DNA from: an uncultured delta proteobacterium
GTDB lineage: Bacteria > Myxococcota > Myxococcia > Myxococcales > Myxococcaceae
Direction of reading: 5' to 3'
Length of the DNA stretch: 64,000 nt
NCBI GenBank assembly: GCA_963713045.1
Contig: CAVQKE010000004.1
Coordinates: 224,001-288,000, forward strand
Shown here: positions 41,616 to 52,607 of the stretch, one piece after another
Layout of the letters: each line of letters opens with the position of its first letter
Position numbering within the stretch: position 1 is the stretch's first letter
Position numbers and translations under genes: made by a program
The notes under the pieces: model-generated
The model's database searches: none
Told to the model about the DNA's origin: nothing
The model's input: the letters and a program-made list of their open reading frames with translations, nothing else

Positions 41616-42326
41616 ATGACATGGGTCGCCCGGCTCGGACGGTTGTTCCCGGTCAACTCGCTTGCCGAGACCGTGCGGACGAGCATTCACTTCGACGCGA
41701 CAGCGGAAGAGGTGTGGCAGGCGATGCTCTTTTATGAGGAGGTGCCGCGCCGCCCGGCGCCGGTTCTTCGGCTTTTTCTCCCCGCGCCCATTCGGACCGA
41801 GGGCGACAAGGCGCGCGTCGGCGCCGCCATTCGCTGCACTTACGAGGGCGGGTACCTAGAAAAGCGAATCATCGAGGCAGCGCCGCCGCATCTTCTGCGC
41901 TTCGAAGTCACCGTGCAGGCGCTTGGAATCGAGGACGCCATCTTGATGGAGGGCGGCTTCTACCAGATTGACAGCGACCGCGATGGCGTCGGTTGCAATC
42001 TGGTTCTCGCCACCCGGTACTGCGGCCACCTCCGGCCGCGCTGGCTCTGGCGTCCGCTGGAGCGCTTCCTTGCGCACCGCCTGCACCGGCACATTCTGTG
42101 GGGCATGCGGGTCCTGCTGGAGCAGCAGGGCAAGACCCCCGCTGCGCCACACCGAGGGGCTTCTTCAGTCTGGCCCGATGACGCCGCCCCGAGGGCTGGT
42201 CGAGCAGAGAATTCCTCATGGCCCCAGTCAGCAGCGCCCCGAGGACGGCGGCGCCGGCGATCCAGTAACCCCATGAGCGGAAATCGCTCAGCGGCTGGGG
42301 CACGAATTTGGCCGGCCACCCACTGA
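41616..42326 (+). CDS. SRPBCC/START-fold family protein
   Basis: SD AGAGG, ATG 41616; VRTSIHFDATAEEVWQ, LFLPAP, LRPRWLWRPLE..LHRHIL; low-complexity tail overlapping the kinase gene. Confidence 0.7.
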   Translation: MTWVARLGRLFPVNSLAETVRTSIHFDATAEEVWQAMLFYEEVPRRPAPVLRLFLPAPIRTEGDKARVGAAIRCTYEGGYLEKRIIEAAPPHLLRFEVTVQALGIEDAILMEGGFYQIDSDRDGVGCNLVLATRYCGHLRPRWLWRPLERFLAHRLHRHILWGMRVLLEQQGKTPAAPHRGASSVWPDDAAPRAGRAENSSWPQSAAPRGRRRRRSSNPMSGNRSAAGARIWPATH

Positions 42327-43947
42327 CCTCGAGTCCTGCGCACACCAGGGCCAGACACCAGAAAAATACCCCCGTGAAAGAGAGCGCGGCGACCAGCATC
42401 CGCTCTCCTTGCCCCAGCATGTCCTCATAGTGCCGACTCATCGCAGGCAGCCGGTCGCTCAGCCAAGCAAGCGACTTGTCGACCGCGGACCTGGCGAGAA
42501 GGCCGGTCGTCGCGACCGACCCCAGTCCATCGCCTGAGGCGACTCGAACGCAGAGTTCCTTCAGCCTTCGGCGGCGTTCGTCTTTCACGAACCTGCTCAG
42601 CTCTGGGACCCAGTTCGCATGAGGCGAGAGGGCGAGCATCACGGCGTCCGAAATTAACAAGGCGCGATACAGCTGGACCACCGACACCGGAATCGAGATG
42701 TGAGCGCGGTGCATCGCGCGGAACAGGCGCTGAATGAAGTACCCGCTGCTTCTGTGACGCAGTGGCGCGCCGTCGCTGCTCACGGCGGCTACCCAGTCGG
42801 AGACGATGTCCCGGAATTCGGCCTGGAATTGCCAGAGGTCGCCCCTCGGAAGGGGCTCCAGGGAGTTGAGGAGGACGTGAAATGCGCCGTCCGTATCGCC
42901 ATGCGAGATGCATTCGCGAAGTTGGAACTGCTGTGTCCGTATGCGGTCGTCCAGAGTACCGACCATCCCGAAGTCCACGAGGCCGAGGCCACCGTCTTTA
43001 AGGAGGAGCAGGTTCGCCGCGTGGGGGTCGGCGTGAAAAACTCCGTGATGGAAGAACTGCTCCAGCATGGACCGGAATATCAGCAGGGCCAGCGCATCTG
43101 GATTGACCAACGAGGCGAGTTGGCCGTCAGCGCCGGTTCGCAGCGCTTGGATAAGGTCCTTGAGCGGAACCCCTTCCAGCTCTTCCATTGTAATGACGTC
43201 CCGTCCGCAGTACCGCTCATAAACCCGAGGAGCACGGTGATTGATGTTGTCGCGCGCGAGCGCATCGTGCATCAGCTGGGTGTTCCGGGCCTCACGCTCA
43301 AAATCGAGCTCGGTCTCGATGGAGGCAGCGATGACCGCGACCACTCGCCGCAGGTTGAACTCGCGCGCCAGCCCCAGGCGGACGACCGAGGAGGCCGCGA
43401 GTCTCAGGATGGAGAGGTCGACGCGAATCCGCGCATCGATGCCTGGCTTCTTGACCTTGACCACAACCGGAGTGCCGTCGGGAAGCCGGGCGCGATGCAC
43501 CTGGGCGATGGACGCCGAGCTGATGGGGGCCTTGGAGAATGTTGGGAAGACATCCTTCAGCGCTTTGCCCAGGTCCGCCTCGATGACTGCTGCGACCGTC
43601 TCCATCGGCAAGGGTGCGAGGTCATCCAGCAGGCCGGCGAGGCTGAGACAGTAACGCTCGGGAAGAAGGTCGTACCGCATCGCGAGAAGTTGGCCGAGCT
43701 TCACGAAGCCGGCCCCGCACGATTCCAGGTGCTGCCGAAGGATGTCCGGGCCAACCTTCGGCAAGAAGGGTCTGCGCACGGCAAACTCGAGGGCGAAGCG
43801 GATCGAGGTCAGAGTGAGCCAGAGCGTTCGGGCAACAAAGAGAAGCACAAAGGGCGGAAAGGTGAATCCGCGATGCCTGGACCGCGCTCTCCGAGGCGTC
43901 TCTCGACGCGATGCTGCCGACACTTCAGGCTGGCTAGCGTCGAGCAT
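41908..43947 (-). CDS. ABC1/UbiB/AarF family atypical kinase with C-terminal TM segments
   Basis: FVKLGQ (KxGQ), SASIAQVHRA, VVVKV, ELDFEREA, FHADPHAAN, VDFGMVG; the true 3' end is uncertain. Confidence 0.9.
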   Translation of the reverse strand: MLDASQPEVSAASRRETPRRARSRHRGFTFPPFVLLFVARTLWLTLTSIRFALEFAVRRPFLPKVGPDILRQHLESCGAGFVKLGQLLAMRYDLLPERYCLSLAGLLDDLAPLPMETVAAVIEADLGKALKDVFPTFSKAPISSASIAQVHRARLPDGTPVVVKVKKPGIDARIRVDLSILRLAASSVVRLGLAREFNLRRVVAVIAASIETELDFEREARNTQLMHDALARDNINHRAPRVYERYCGRDVITMEELEGVPLKDLIQALRTGADGQLASLVNPDALALLIFRSMLEQFFHHGVFHADPHAANLLLLKDGGLGLVDFGMVGTLDDRIRTQQFQLRECISHGDTDGAFHVLLNSLEPLPRGDLWQFQAEFRDIVSDWVAAVSSDGAPLRHRSSGYFIQRLFRAMHRAHISIPVSVVQLYRALLISDAVMLALSPHANWVPELSRFVKDERRRRLKELCVRVASGDGLGSVATTGLLARSAVDKSLAWLSDRLPAMSRHYEDMLGQGERMLVAALSFTGVFFWCLALVCAGLEVSGWPAKFVPQPLSDFRSWGYWIAGAAVLGALLTGAMRNSLLDQPSGRRHRARLKKPLGVAQRGSCPAAPAGPACPTECAGAGGAQGSAPADARASAAGGGRSTGWREPDCNRRHRGRCQSGRSRPPSRWRPRFQAPAR

Positions 43948-43979
43948 CGAACAGGGCAGAAGACAGAATTAGCATCCCA

Positions 43980-44417
43980 TTAGGTGGTGCCACCGGACGC
44001 TGGAGGTTGACCGGGGGTGGCGGTGTCGCCTTGCCGTCGCTGGCTTAACTTCGCGGCGACAAGATTGGCGATGCTGTCGTAATCGAGACCCTTTCCCGAA
44101 GGGTTTCGCTGCTCGACGACCGCGGTGCGCAAATCCTCGTACAGGCGCTGGGGGAGCTTGGCGAGCTCCTCGAGGAAGCGGGCGTTAGCAGCAATCGAAC
44201 CGACGATGAGGCCATTGTCGAGGTTGAGGGCGGTAATGTTCTCAGTGGTGAGGCTCTGATTGAAGGCTTGGACCCCTGAGGTGAGGGCCTGGGCAAATCC
44301 CGCGACTCCGTTCGCCAGGGCACGCGTCAAGCCGACCGGTGAGGGCAGCGGTCGATTGCCGGACCGGGCCTTGTGGATTGGCGGCTGTGCGCTGCGAGCC
44401 TCTTCTTGAGTGGGCAT
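43980..44417 (-). CDS. Hypothetical small helical protein upstream of the ABC1 kinase
   Basis: 145 aa ORF with SD GAGGAG upstream; amphipathic-looking helices. Confidence 0.65.
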   Translation of the reverse strand: MPTQEEARSAQPPIHKARSGNRPLPSPVGLTRALANGVAGFAQALTSGVQAFNQSLTTENITALNLDNGLIVGSIAANARFLEELAKLPQRLYEDLRTAVVEQRNPSGKGLDYDSIANLVAAKLSQRRQGDTATPGQPPASGGTT

Positions 44418-44737
44418 GAATCATTTCTCCTCATCGGTTGTCAGCCCGGGGCACCCCTTCGGTGCGCACGGAAGCCGAGGCCGCGCAAAGATTACGGATG
44501 CATCGCTATCGGCGCAACAGGGCCGCCTGCCTCGCGCGGGTCGAGGGGACGTCTTCCCATTCCGGCACCAGGCAGCGAATCGCCGGGCGCGCAAACGTTG
44601 CGTAGCCTCGGGGGAGGTTGGGTGTCTCCGCCGCCCACAGACAGAAGGGGCTCGTGTCGCCGTCGGCCACAGGCCTTGGGAGAGCGAAGAGGGGCCAACG
44701 GGTTCGGAAGGCAAGGCCCTGGATGCGCCGAGGGACT

Positions 44738-45691
44738 TCAGTGTTTTTGGTTGTGATTGAAAACCTCGATGGCGAAGACGATGCGCCACTGGGGCGCCCC
44801 GAAGTCCGGCTGAATGCCGCCACCGGCGCCCAACTTAAAGCGTAGCTGGGGCCCGTCGTCGGCCGTCCCCTCAAGCCGGAGGGTGAGAAGGCCCTCCAAG
44901 GCGGTACTGGTCGTGCCAAAAAAGGCTTCCAAGGCGGTTGCTCCGTAAAACTCCGGGCCGACGACAAAGTCCATGGCCCCCACCGGCAGCTTGGCCCCGC
45001 CGGCGACGCCGAAGAGCAATTCACTGCCCTGCGGGCTCTGCGGCGTTGGGTAGTTGTTCAGCGGCCGGACGTGGACACCAAGCTGACCGGCGTAGGTGAA
45101 GAAGCCGCTGTCGCCGGCGAAGAGAATTCGGAACATCGCCCGGTAGGTGGCATCGGTGTCGTAGTCGTCGCGGTAGCCACTGGGAATAATCAGCTGAGCG
45201 CCAGCCCCCAGGCGGAAGCCGCTTTCTGGGCCGCCGATGAGGCGAACGTCGACTCCGACGCGAGCGTCCGACAAGGTGTCGGGGTTCGCTGCCAAGTTCA
45301 CCAGCGGAGCGGTAAAGGTGTAACCGCCAAGCGTGCCGCTGTGGCCGCCGGCGTAAAGCGGCAAGTCCAGATTGACGTAAACGCGCCACCGGTCATAGGT
45401 GACCGCGCCTCCAATATCCAGGAACGCTCGGGTCGAGACCACGGAAAGTGCCTGCGAGCCCTCGGTGATGCGCAGCGCGTTCCTTTCGTATCCACTGGTC
45501 ATGGACACCGCCCCGCCGAGGCCACCGTGCAGGTCGAGAGTGTCCATCACGAACCAGCCGCCCCCCGGGGCTGAGGTGTAAAAGCGCTCGATGGCGAAGC
45601 CTAAAGCCTGCTGCTGCGCCTCGGCGCGCGCGCTCAGAATGAGGCACAGGACAGCCAAGGCAAGAGCGAAGTTCCGGCTAAAACTCAGCAT
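44738..45691 (-). CDS. Putative outer-membrane beta-barrel protein
   Basis: Signal peptide (ARAEA-QQQ), alternating aromatic/Gly beta-strand pattern, LSDARVGVDVRL, GAPQWRIVFAIEVF. Confidence 0.7.
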   Translation of the reverse strand: MLSFSRNFALALAVLCLILSARAEAQQQALGFAIERFYTSAPGGGWFVMDTLDLHGGLGGAVSMTSGYERNALRITEGSQALSVVSTRAFLDIGGAVTYDRWRVYVNLDLPLYAGGHSGTLGGYTFTAPLVNLAANPDTLSDARVGVDVRLIGGPESGFRLGAGAQLIIPSGYRDDYDTDATYRAMFRILFAGDSGFFTYAGQLGVHVRPLNNYPTPQSPQGSELLFGVAGGAKLPVGAMDFVVGPEFYGATALEAFFGTTSTALEGLLTLRLEGTADDGPQLRFKLGAGGGIQPDFGAPQWRIVFAIEVFNHNQKH

Positions 45692-47171
45692 GGACCTTCG
45701 CTCCAATGATGTTGACTGGGCCTCGGGCGGTGTTGAACCCTGGATGCCAAAGAAACTGGTAGTCGCCGGCCAGCCAAAGGGCCCGAAAGAAATTCACGCT
45801 GTAGAAGACTTCGAAGACACCTTCGCCGCCGGGTCCGCTGAGGCGGCCGTCTCCGACGAAGCCGTCGACGCCTCCCATCGCGAGGTACTGGGCATGCTCT
45901 GAGGAAATCCAGCTCATGCCGAAGCCGATGCCAGTGACGTCTAGCGGGCGTCCCCAGGGCGAGCCCTTGACCACGGCGCCGACACTGAAGTCCCGGTCGG
46001 CGGGGTCGAAGGCGTCAACCTCGGTTTTCCCGTCGGAATACATCGCTCGAAGAAAAAAGCCGATGTCTTTCGAAACGAATTGCTCGATGTTGATGCCAAT
46101 TCCCAGCTTCTCGTTCGGCCTTCGCACCCAGCACATGTCAGGTGCCGTGAAGTTCCCTGAACCGTAATTGTAGCGAGACCCGCAGGATGCGGCGTTTTCC
46201 GCGGGATTGGCCTGGTAGGCGGCAATGGCGTCGCTGAATTGCCCGATGACTTCGTAGTTTCGGTAGCCAAGAATGCGAATGGCGCCCGGTTGTCCAAAGA
46301 GGAGATGGTCGTGCTCCAGCTCGAGCGCGTCGCCGTAGTACTGCCAGATGTGCAAATTGAGAGCGAGGACGTTTGGGTTCTGCGGGGTCGCCAGTCGCCC
46401 GAAGCGTAGGGCCCAATCGTCCCAGTCCAGCTCGACCGCGGCGCCGTAGGAGTAGCCTCGCGCGTCCGCTGGGAAGTCCCACGAGGCGTGCGTCATGAAG
46501 GCCATGTTGAAGAACGTCTGGCGGGGATCGCCGACGACGTGGTTGACGTCGAAGATGTCGAGGTCCGAATAGTTGCCAACGGTGATGACAATGCGCCGGC
46601 TGTCCACAACGGACCCGAGGTGCATCTGGCCCGAGGGCACCACCACTGGCTCGCCGCCGAGTTCAATGGTTTGCCGAAGGTACAAGCGCGAGTGGTACAG
46701 CTGAGGCGTTTCGCCTCCGGTCTTCTGCAGCTCAAAATCCTGAATCGCTCCGCCGATGCCGCGCAGGTTCGAGAAAGGCCGCTCCGCGATAATTTCGGGC
46801 ACGAAGTAGGCTTCGCCACCCGGCCAAAGCCTCAGTCCAAAAAAGAAGGTGAAGGTGTAGGTGAAGGCCCGCTCGTAGTCCGGCACCAGGGAATTGATGC
46901 TGCCGTTGGCGTTGGTGTACGGGGCTTGAAACGATGGCTTCCAACTCGAGATGTATGTGAATTGGCCATAGAGGTTCCACGCCTCGTTGTTGATGTTGTG
47001 CCACCCGTGCTGCGCCAGGTAGCCCATCAGGGTGAAAGGTGTCTCTTCGTCGGCGGTGGAACGCGTCTCCTCGCCGGCTTTCGCGGCAGTCTCTTCAGCC
47101 GCCGGCGGAGTGCCAGCGTCTTGGGCCATTGCCCAACTGGACCGCAGAAGGGTGCACATCGACATGCCCAC
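45678..47171 (-). CDS. Carbohydrate-selective porin, OprB family (resembles the MnoP-like subgroup)
   Basis: WNLYGQFTY, GLRLWPGGEAYFVPE, RLYLRQTI, DPRQTFFN, WDFPADARGYSYG, EVFYS, DYQ..HPGFN.ARGPV, C-terminal Phe; start uncertain. Confidence 0.85.
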   Translation of the reverse strand: MGMSMCTLLRSSWAMAQDAGTPPAAEETAAKAGEETRSTADEETPFTLMGYLAQHGWHNINNEAWNLYGQFTYISSWKPSFQAPYTNANGSINSLVPDYERAFTYTFTFFFGLRLWPGGEAYFVPEIIAERPFSNLRGIGGAIQDFELQKTGGETPQLYHSRLYLRQTIELGGEPVVVPSGQMHLGSVVDSRRIVITVGNYSDLDIFDVNHVVGDPRQTFFNMAFMTHASWDFPADARGYSYGAAVELDWDDWALRFGRLATPQNPNVLALNLHIWQYYGDALELEHDHLLFGQPGAIRILGYRNYEVIGQFSDAIAAYQANPAENAASCGSRYNYGSGNFTAPDMCWVRRPNEKLGIGINIEQFVSKDIGFFLRAMYSDGKTEVDAFDPADRDFSVGAVVKGSPWGRPLDVTGIGFGMSWISSEHAQYLAMGGVDGFVGDGRLSGPGGEGVFEVFYSVNFFRALWLAGDYQFLWHPGFNTARGPVNIIGAKVHAEF

Positions 47172-47245
47172 CCACAGCGCCCGGGCAAACCGTCGGGCAG
47201 CCGGCCGGCGGAGGCGAGATGGGTCACCCCTCTTGAGCGCCAGCC

Positions 47246-47896
47246 TCAGTTGGGGCCCGCATCGGTGTTGGCGGTGGTGGTGCAGGTCGCCGCGTCGTAG
47301 CTGAGGCCGGCGAATAGACTTGAAAACACAATCTGCGTCAGGAAATCGGCCTGTGTCTGAGAGAGGAAGCTTCCGGCGGCGCAGTTCCCGGCAAAGGTGG
47401 TGTCATCCACGGCAATGCTGAGTGTTTGGTTCAGCTGGACGGAGAAGCCGATTCGCGACTGAAGGACGACGTAGAACGTCGGTGGTGTTGAGTTCATCGG
47501 GTTCCACCCCGGAGCGAGCGCCACGTATGCCGCGTTGGCTGACGCAGCGATGGTGCTCTCCGGGCCGCTCGAGGAACCGGGAGGGATGGGCGTCGTGAAC
47601 GAGACCGCCTGCCAAAAGGCCTGGTAAATGACGAGTGGGGTGCTGGTCGACGGCGGGTAGCGGTTTTCCAGCACCACGGAGGTGTCGGGGGTGTCGCAGG
47701 CAGTCACGACGGAGGAGAGGAGCGCGCACAGGACGAAGCCGAGGACGCTTCCCCAATGGCTTTTGACGGCGGCGCGGCGTCGTGACAGGGCTTGCGCCCG
47801 TCCGTCCTGAAGGCGAGACGCCGTCGGCGCGGAGCCGACGCCGAGAACCCAGCGGTCCGCAACTGCCTGAAGTCGAGTGAGTGCCGCTCCGCTCAT
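47246..47896 (-). CDS. Putative lipoprotein (start uncertain)
   Basis: Hydrophobic stretch and lipobox SVVTA-C followed by a Ser/Thr/Pro-rich beta-type domain with two further Cys. Confidence 0.65.
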   Translation of the reverse strand: MSGAALTRLQAVADRWVLGVGSAPTASRLQDGRAQALSRRRAAVKSHWGSVLGFVLCALLSSVVTACDTPDTSVVLENRYPPSTSTPLVIYQAFWQAVSFTTPIPPGSSSGPESTIAASANAAYVALAPGWNPMNSTPPTFYVVLQSRIGFSVQLNQTLSIAVDDTTFAGNCAAGSFLSQTQADFLTQIVFSSLFAGLSYDAATCTTTANTDAGPN

Positions 47897-48350
47897 CTCA
47901 GCTTGCCTTCACCCTAGCCGAGATGGCCTTGTGGCTCAGCAAAACGAACGTCGGTCAGGACGTTTTCAGTCCTTGTCCGAACGTCCGGGGCCGGTGTGTC
48001 GACCTCTCGGGCGGTGCGCCGGGAACGAATCCCCTTCCGCGCCAGGCGGGCAACCCATCGGACGACGTCGGGTCAAGGCGAGGTTTGGCAACCTTTTTTC
48101 CCGCGTCAGTGGCGGGCCGAGGCTGTCACCCCTCGGGCGCTTCAAGGCCTCGGGGCGTCGAGATTCGAAATGGCGCCAGGGGTTTGCCCCCCCGGCGGGC
48201 GCCACCGGACGTTGTCCCGTCAACAGTGACAGCTTTGCGACGGGCGGTTGCGCAGGGCGAGAGCCGACCCCATTTCTCAGCGTGGCGACGTTGATTTCAG
48301 AATCCTGTCGAGCTATCGCCCCCTCGATTTCCCGGCAAAGGAGCAAAGCC

Positions 48351-49127
48351 ATGGCTACGCCCAACGGTCAGTTCATTTGGCATGAATGCATGACCACCGA
48401 CGTCAAAGCCGCCCTCGCTTTCTACGGGCACGTGGTCGGTTGGACTTCCAGCGCCATGCCGATGCCGGGTGGCGGTCAGTACTACGTGCTCGAGGCAGGC
48501 GGACGGGGGATGGGAGGCATGTTCGAGATTTCCAAGGGTCAGCAATCCTCGGCCATGCCGCCTGGCTGGATTGGCTACATCAGCTCCGCCGACGTTGATG
48601 CGGATGCGAGCCGACTCAAGAAGCTGGGCGGTCAGCTGCGTCGACCGCCGGAGGACATCCCCGACGTCGGTCGCTTTGCACCGGTTTCTGACCCGCAAGG
48701 TGCAGGCTTCATTCTCTTCAAGCCCAAGCCTCCGCCGGGGCAGGCTCCGCTGCCGGCCGCCGGCGTGGGCACGGTCGGTTGGGCCGAGCTCTACTCGACC
48801 GACTGGCAAAAGGCGTTCGGCTTCTATTCGGAGATGTTTGCCTGGAAAAAGGCTGATGCCATGGACATGGGCCCGATGGGCACCTACCAGCTCTTCACCA
48901 GCGGGGCACACCCCGTTGGCGGTATGATGAACCGTCCCGACTCCACCATGCCCCCGCACTGGCTCTACTATTTCAACGTGGAAGCCATTGACGCCGCGCT
49001 CAAGCGGGTCAAAGCCAAAGGCGGCGACGTCCAGCAGGGGCCGACCGAGGTTCCAGGCGGAAGCTGGATTATCCAGTGCCGAGACCCGCAGGGTGCAGGC
49101 TTTGCCCTGGTCGCGCCCAAGCGCTGA
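48351..49127 (+). CDS. VOC / glyoxalase family protein, two tandem domains
   Basis: SD AAGGAG; FIWHECMTTD..AALAFY..VVGW, GRFA..SDPQGA, WAELYSTD, WLYYFNV, RDPQGA. Confidence 0.93.
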   Translation: MATPNGQFIWHECMTTDVKAALAFYGHVVGWTSSAMPMPGGGQYYVLEAGGRGMGGMFEISKGQQSSAMPPGWIGYISSADVDADASRLKKLGGQLRRPPEDIPDVGRFAPVSDPQGAGFILFKPKPPPGQAPLPAAGVGTVGWAELYSTDWQKAFGFYSEMFAWKKADAMDMGPMGTYQLFTSGAHPVGGMMNRPDSTMPPHWLYYFNVEAIDAALKRVKAKGGDVQQGPTEVPGGSWIIQCRDPQGAGFALVAPKR

Positions 49128-49172
49128 AGAAGGCCGACGCCCGAAAGCGGTCCGCGCGGCGGAGCGCGGGCC

Positions 49173-49975
49173 TTAGACTGCATCCGTCGCTGAGTGCACG
49201 GCCGCCGCCAGACGTCGGACCAGCGCGAGGCCCTCCGAAGCGTCGGTGCCCCCTCGGTGCAGGCATTCGACGAGGGCGCTTCCGACCACCACTGCATCGG
49301 CGTGCTCCGCCAAGGCCTGGGCCTGCTCGGCCGTCGAGACGCCGAAGCCAACCGCCACCGGGGCTTTGCAGACCGAGCGGGCCTCCGCCAATTTGGCCGG
49401 GAGGTCCGCTGGAAGTTCGGCCCGGCGTCCGGTGACCCCGGTCACGCTGACGAAGTAGAGAAAGCCGCGCGTCGCCTCGCCAATGTCTTTGAGACGGGCA
49501 AGCGGCGTGGTGGGCGCGGCCAGAAGGACCAGAGACACACCACAGGCCTCGGCCAGCCGTCCCAAGGGGCGCGACTCCTCGAGGGGCAAGTCCGCAACCA
49601 GCGCGCCATCCACGCCAGCGTCCTTGGCGTCGGTGACGAAGGGCAGAAGCCCCATCCGGAGAATGGGATTCATGTACCCAAACAGGACGAGCGGGACGTC
49701 ACAGCCGCGCTGGCGAAGTCGTCTCACCAGTCCCAGCACTCCGGCCAGGCTGGTGTTGGCCTGTAAGGCCCGCTGCGAAGCGGCTTGAATGGTGGGCCCA
49801 TCCGCCAGCGGGTCCGAGAAGGGGACCCCCAATTCAATGACGTCCGCACCAGCCTCCGCCAGGGCCGGGACGAGGCGTTCGGTTGTGGCCAGGTCTGGGT
49901 CTCCGGCGCAGACGTACACCACCAGGGCCTTGCGTCCCGTCCTCTTGAAGTCGCTGAAGAGGCGCTCCAGCCGAT

Positions 49976-49979
<4 letters not shown>
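49173..49979 (-). CDS. trpA: Tryptophan synthase alpha chain
   Basis: [42 protein letters not shown]. Confidence 0.97.
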
Positions 49980-51183
<1,204 letters not shown>

Positions 51184-51187
<4 letters not shown>

Positions 51188-51810
51188 GGCTTTGCCTCCG
51201 CTGCCCGCACCGCGGCCAAGAAGGCCGCCACCCGCGCGGCGTCCTTGATGCCGGGCGCACTTTCCACTCCCGAGGCAACATCCACCCCGTCCGGCGCTGC
51301 ACGGATAATGGCCTCGCCGACGTTTTCCGGGGTGAGGCCGCCCGCCAACCACACCGGGAGTCGCCAGGCACGCACCCATGGCACAAGCGCCCAGTCGAAG
51401 CGCCGGCCGCTTCCACCTTGGCCTTCGACGTGAGCGTCGAGCAGCACCGCCGACGCGGCCCGGGAGGGCATGCCGGGCAGAGACTCCGGCCCGGAGATGC
51501 GCACCACCTGCCACAGCGCGGCGCCGACGCCGATGTAGTCCTGAGGGTCCTCGTCCCCGTGCAGCTGCACGGCGCCGAGGCGGGCCCGCTCGACTGCCAG
51601 ACGCACTTCGGCAGGCGGCGCGCGGACGAAGACGCCCACCTTCAGCACGTGGGCCGGCACCCCGGCCGCCAGACGTTCGGCCGCATCCAGCGTCAGGAAG
51701 CGCTTGCTCTGCGGCCAGAAATTGAAGCCGATGGCATCGACGCCGGCTTCGACACAGCTCCGCACGTCCTCGGCGCGGGTGAGTCCGCACACCTTCACCC
51801 GGGTGGCCAT
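51184..51810 (-). CDS. trpF: Phosphoribosylanthranilate isomerase
   Basis: [42 protein letters not shown]. Confidence 0.97.
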
Positions 51811-52607
51811 GGTGCCTCCAATAGAGCGCGAACCGCCGCTTCAGGATGCTTCGCCCGCATCAGCGACTCGCCGACAAGCGCCGCTCCAGCGCCCGCCCGG
51901 GCAAGCCCAGTGAGGTCCGACGCCGTCAGGATGCCGCTCTCGGCGACCAGCGTCCGACCTGGCGCGTGAAGCGCGGGCGCCAGCCGGGCGAAGCGGCCGG
52001 CATCCACCTCCAGCGTCTCGAGGTCCCGGGCGTTGATGCCCACCAACGGCGCGTTCAGCACCGTCGCCGTCTCGACGTCCTGCGGTGAAGCCACCTCCAA
52101 CAGCACGTCCAATCCAAGGGCGCTGGCGCCAAAGGCGAGCTCCGCCAGCAGTGCCGGCTCCACGGCGCCGGCAATCAGCAGCACGGCATCCGCTCCGACG
52201 AATGCCGCTTCTTCCAACATGTAGGAGTCGACCACGAAGTCCTTTCGCAGCAACGGCACTTCTACCGCGGCGCGGACTTGCGCCAAATCTTCCAGGGTGC
52301 CGGCGAAGCGCCGGCCTTCGGTCAGGACACTGACGCAGCGCGCGCCGCCCTGGACATAGGCCCGCGCCCGGTCCGCGGCCTCGACGGTGGGGGCAATGGC
52401 GCCGGCCGATGGGGAGGCGCGCTTCACCTCGCAAATCAAGGGGAAGGTGTTTCCACCGAGGAGTGCTTGGTGGAAACGACGCGGCCGCCGGGGAAGCCGC
52501 GCCACCTCGGCCGGAAGGCCCGGGCGAATTCGCCGGCGGCGTTGGCAGTCCTCTCCGGCCGAGGCCACCAACTCCGCCAGGACGCCTCGCGGGGGGCGCC
52601 AACTCAC
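51795..52607 (-). CDS. trpC: Indole-3-glycerol phosphate synthase
   Basis: [40 protein letters not shown]. Confidence 0.96.
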   Translation of the reverse strand: MSWRPPRGVLAELVASAGEDCQRRRRIRPGLPAEVARLPRRPRRFHQALLGGNTFPLICEVKRASPSAGAIAPTVEAADRARAYVQGGARCVSVLTEGRRFAGTLEDLAQVRAAVEVPLLRKDFVVDSYMLEEAAFVGADAVLLIAGAVEPALLAELAFGASALGLDVLLEVASPQDVETATVLNAPLVGINARDLETLEVDAGRFARLAPALHAPGRTLVAESGILTASDLTGLARAGAGAALVGESLMRAKHPEAAVRALLEAPWPPG

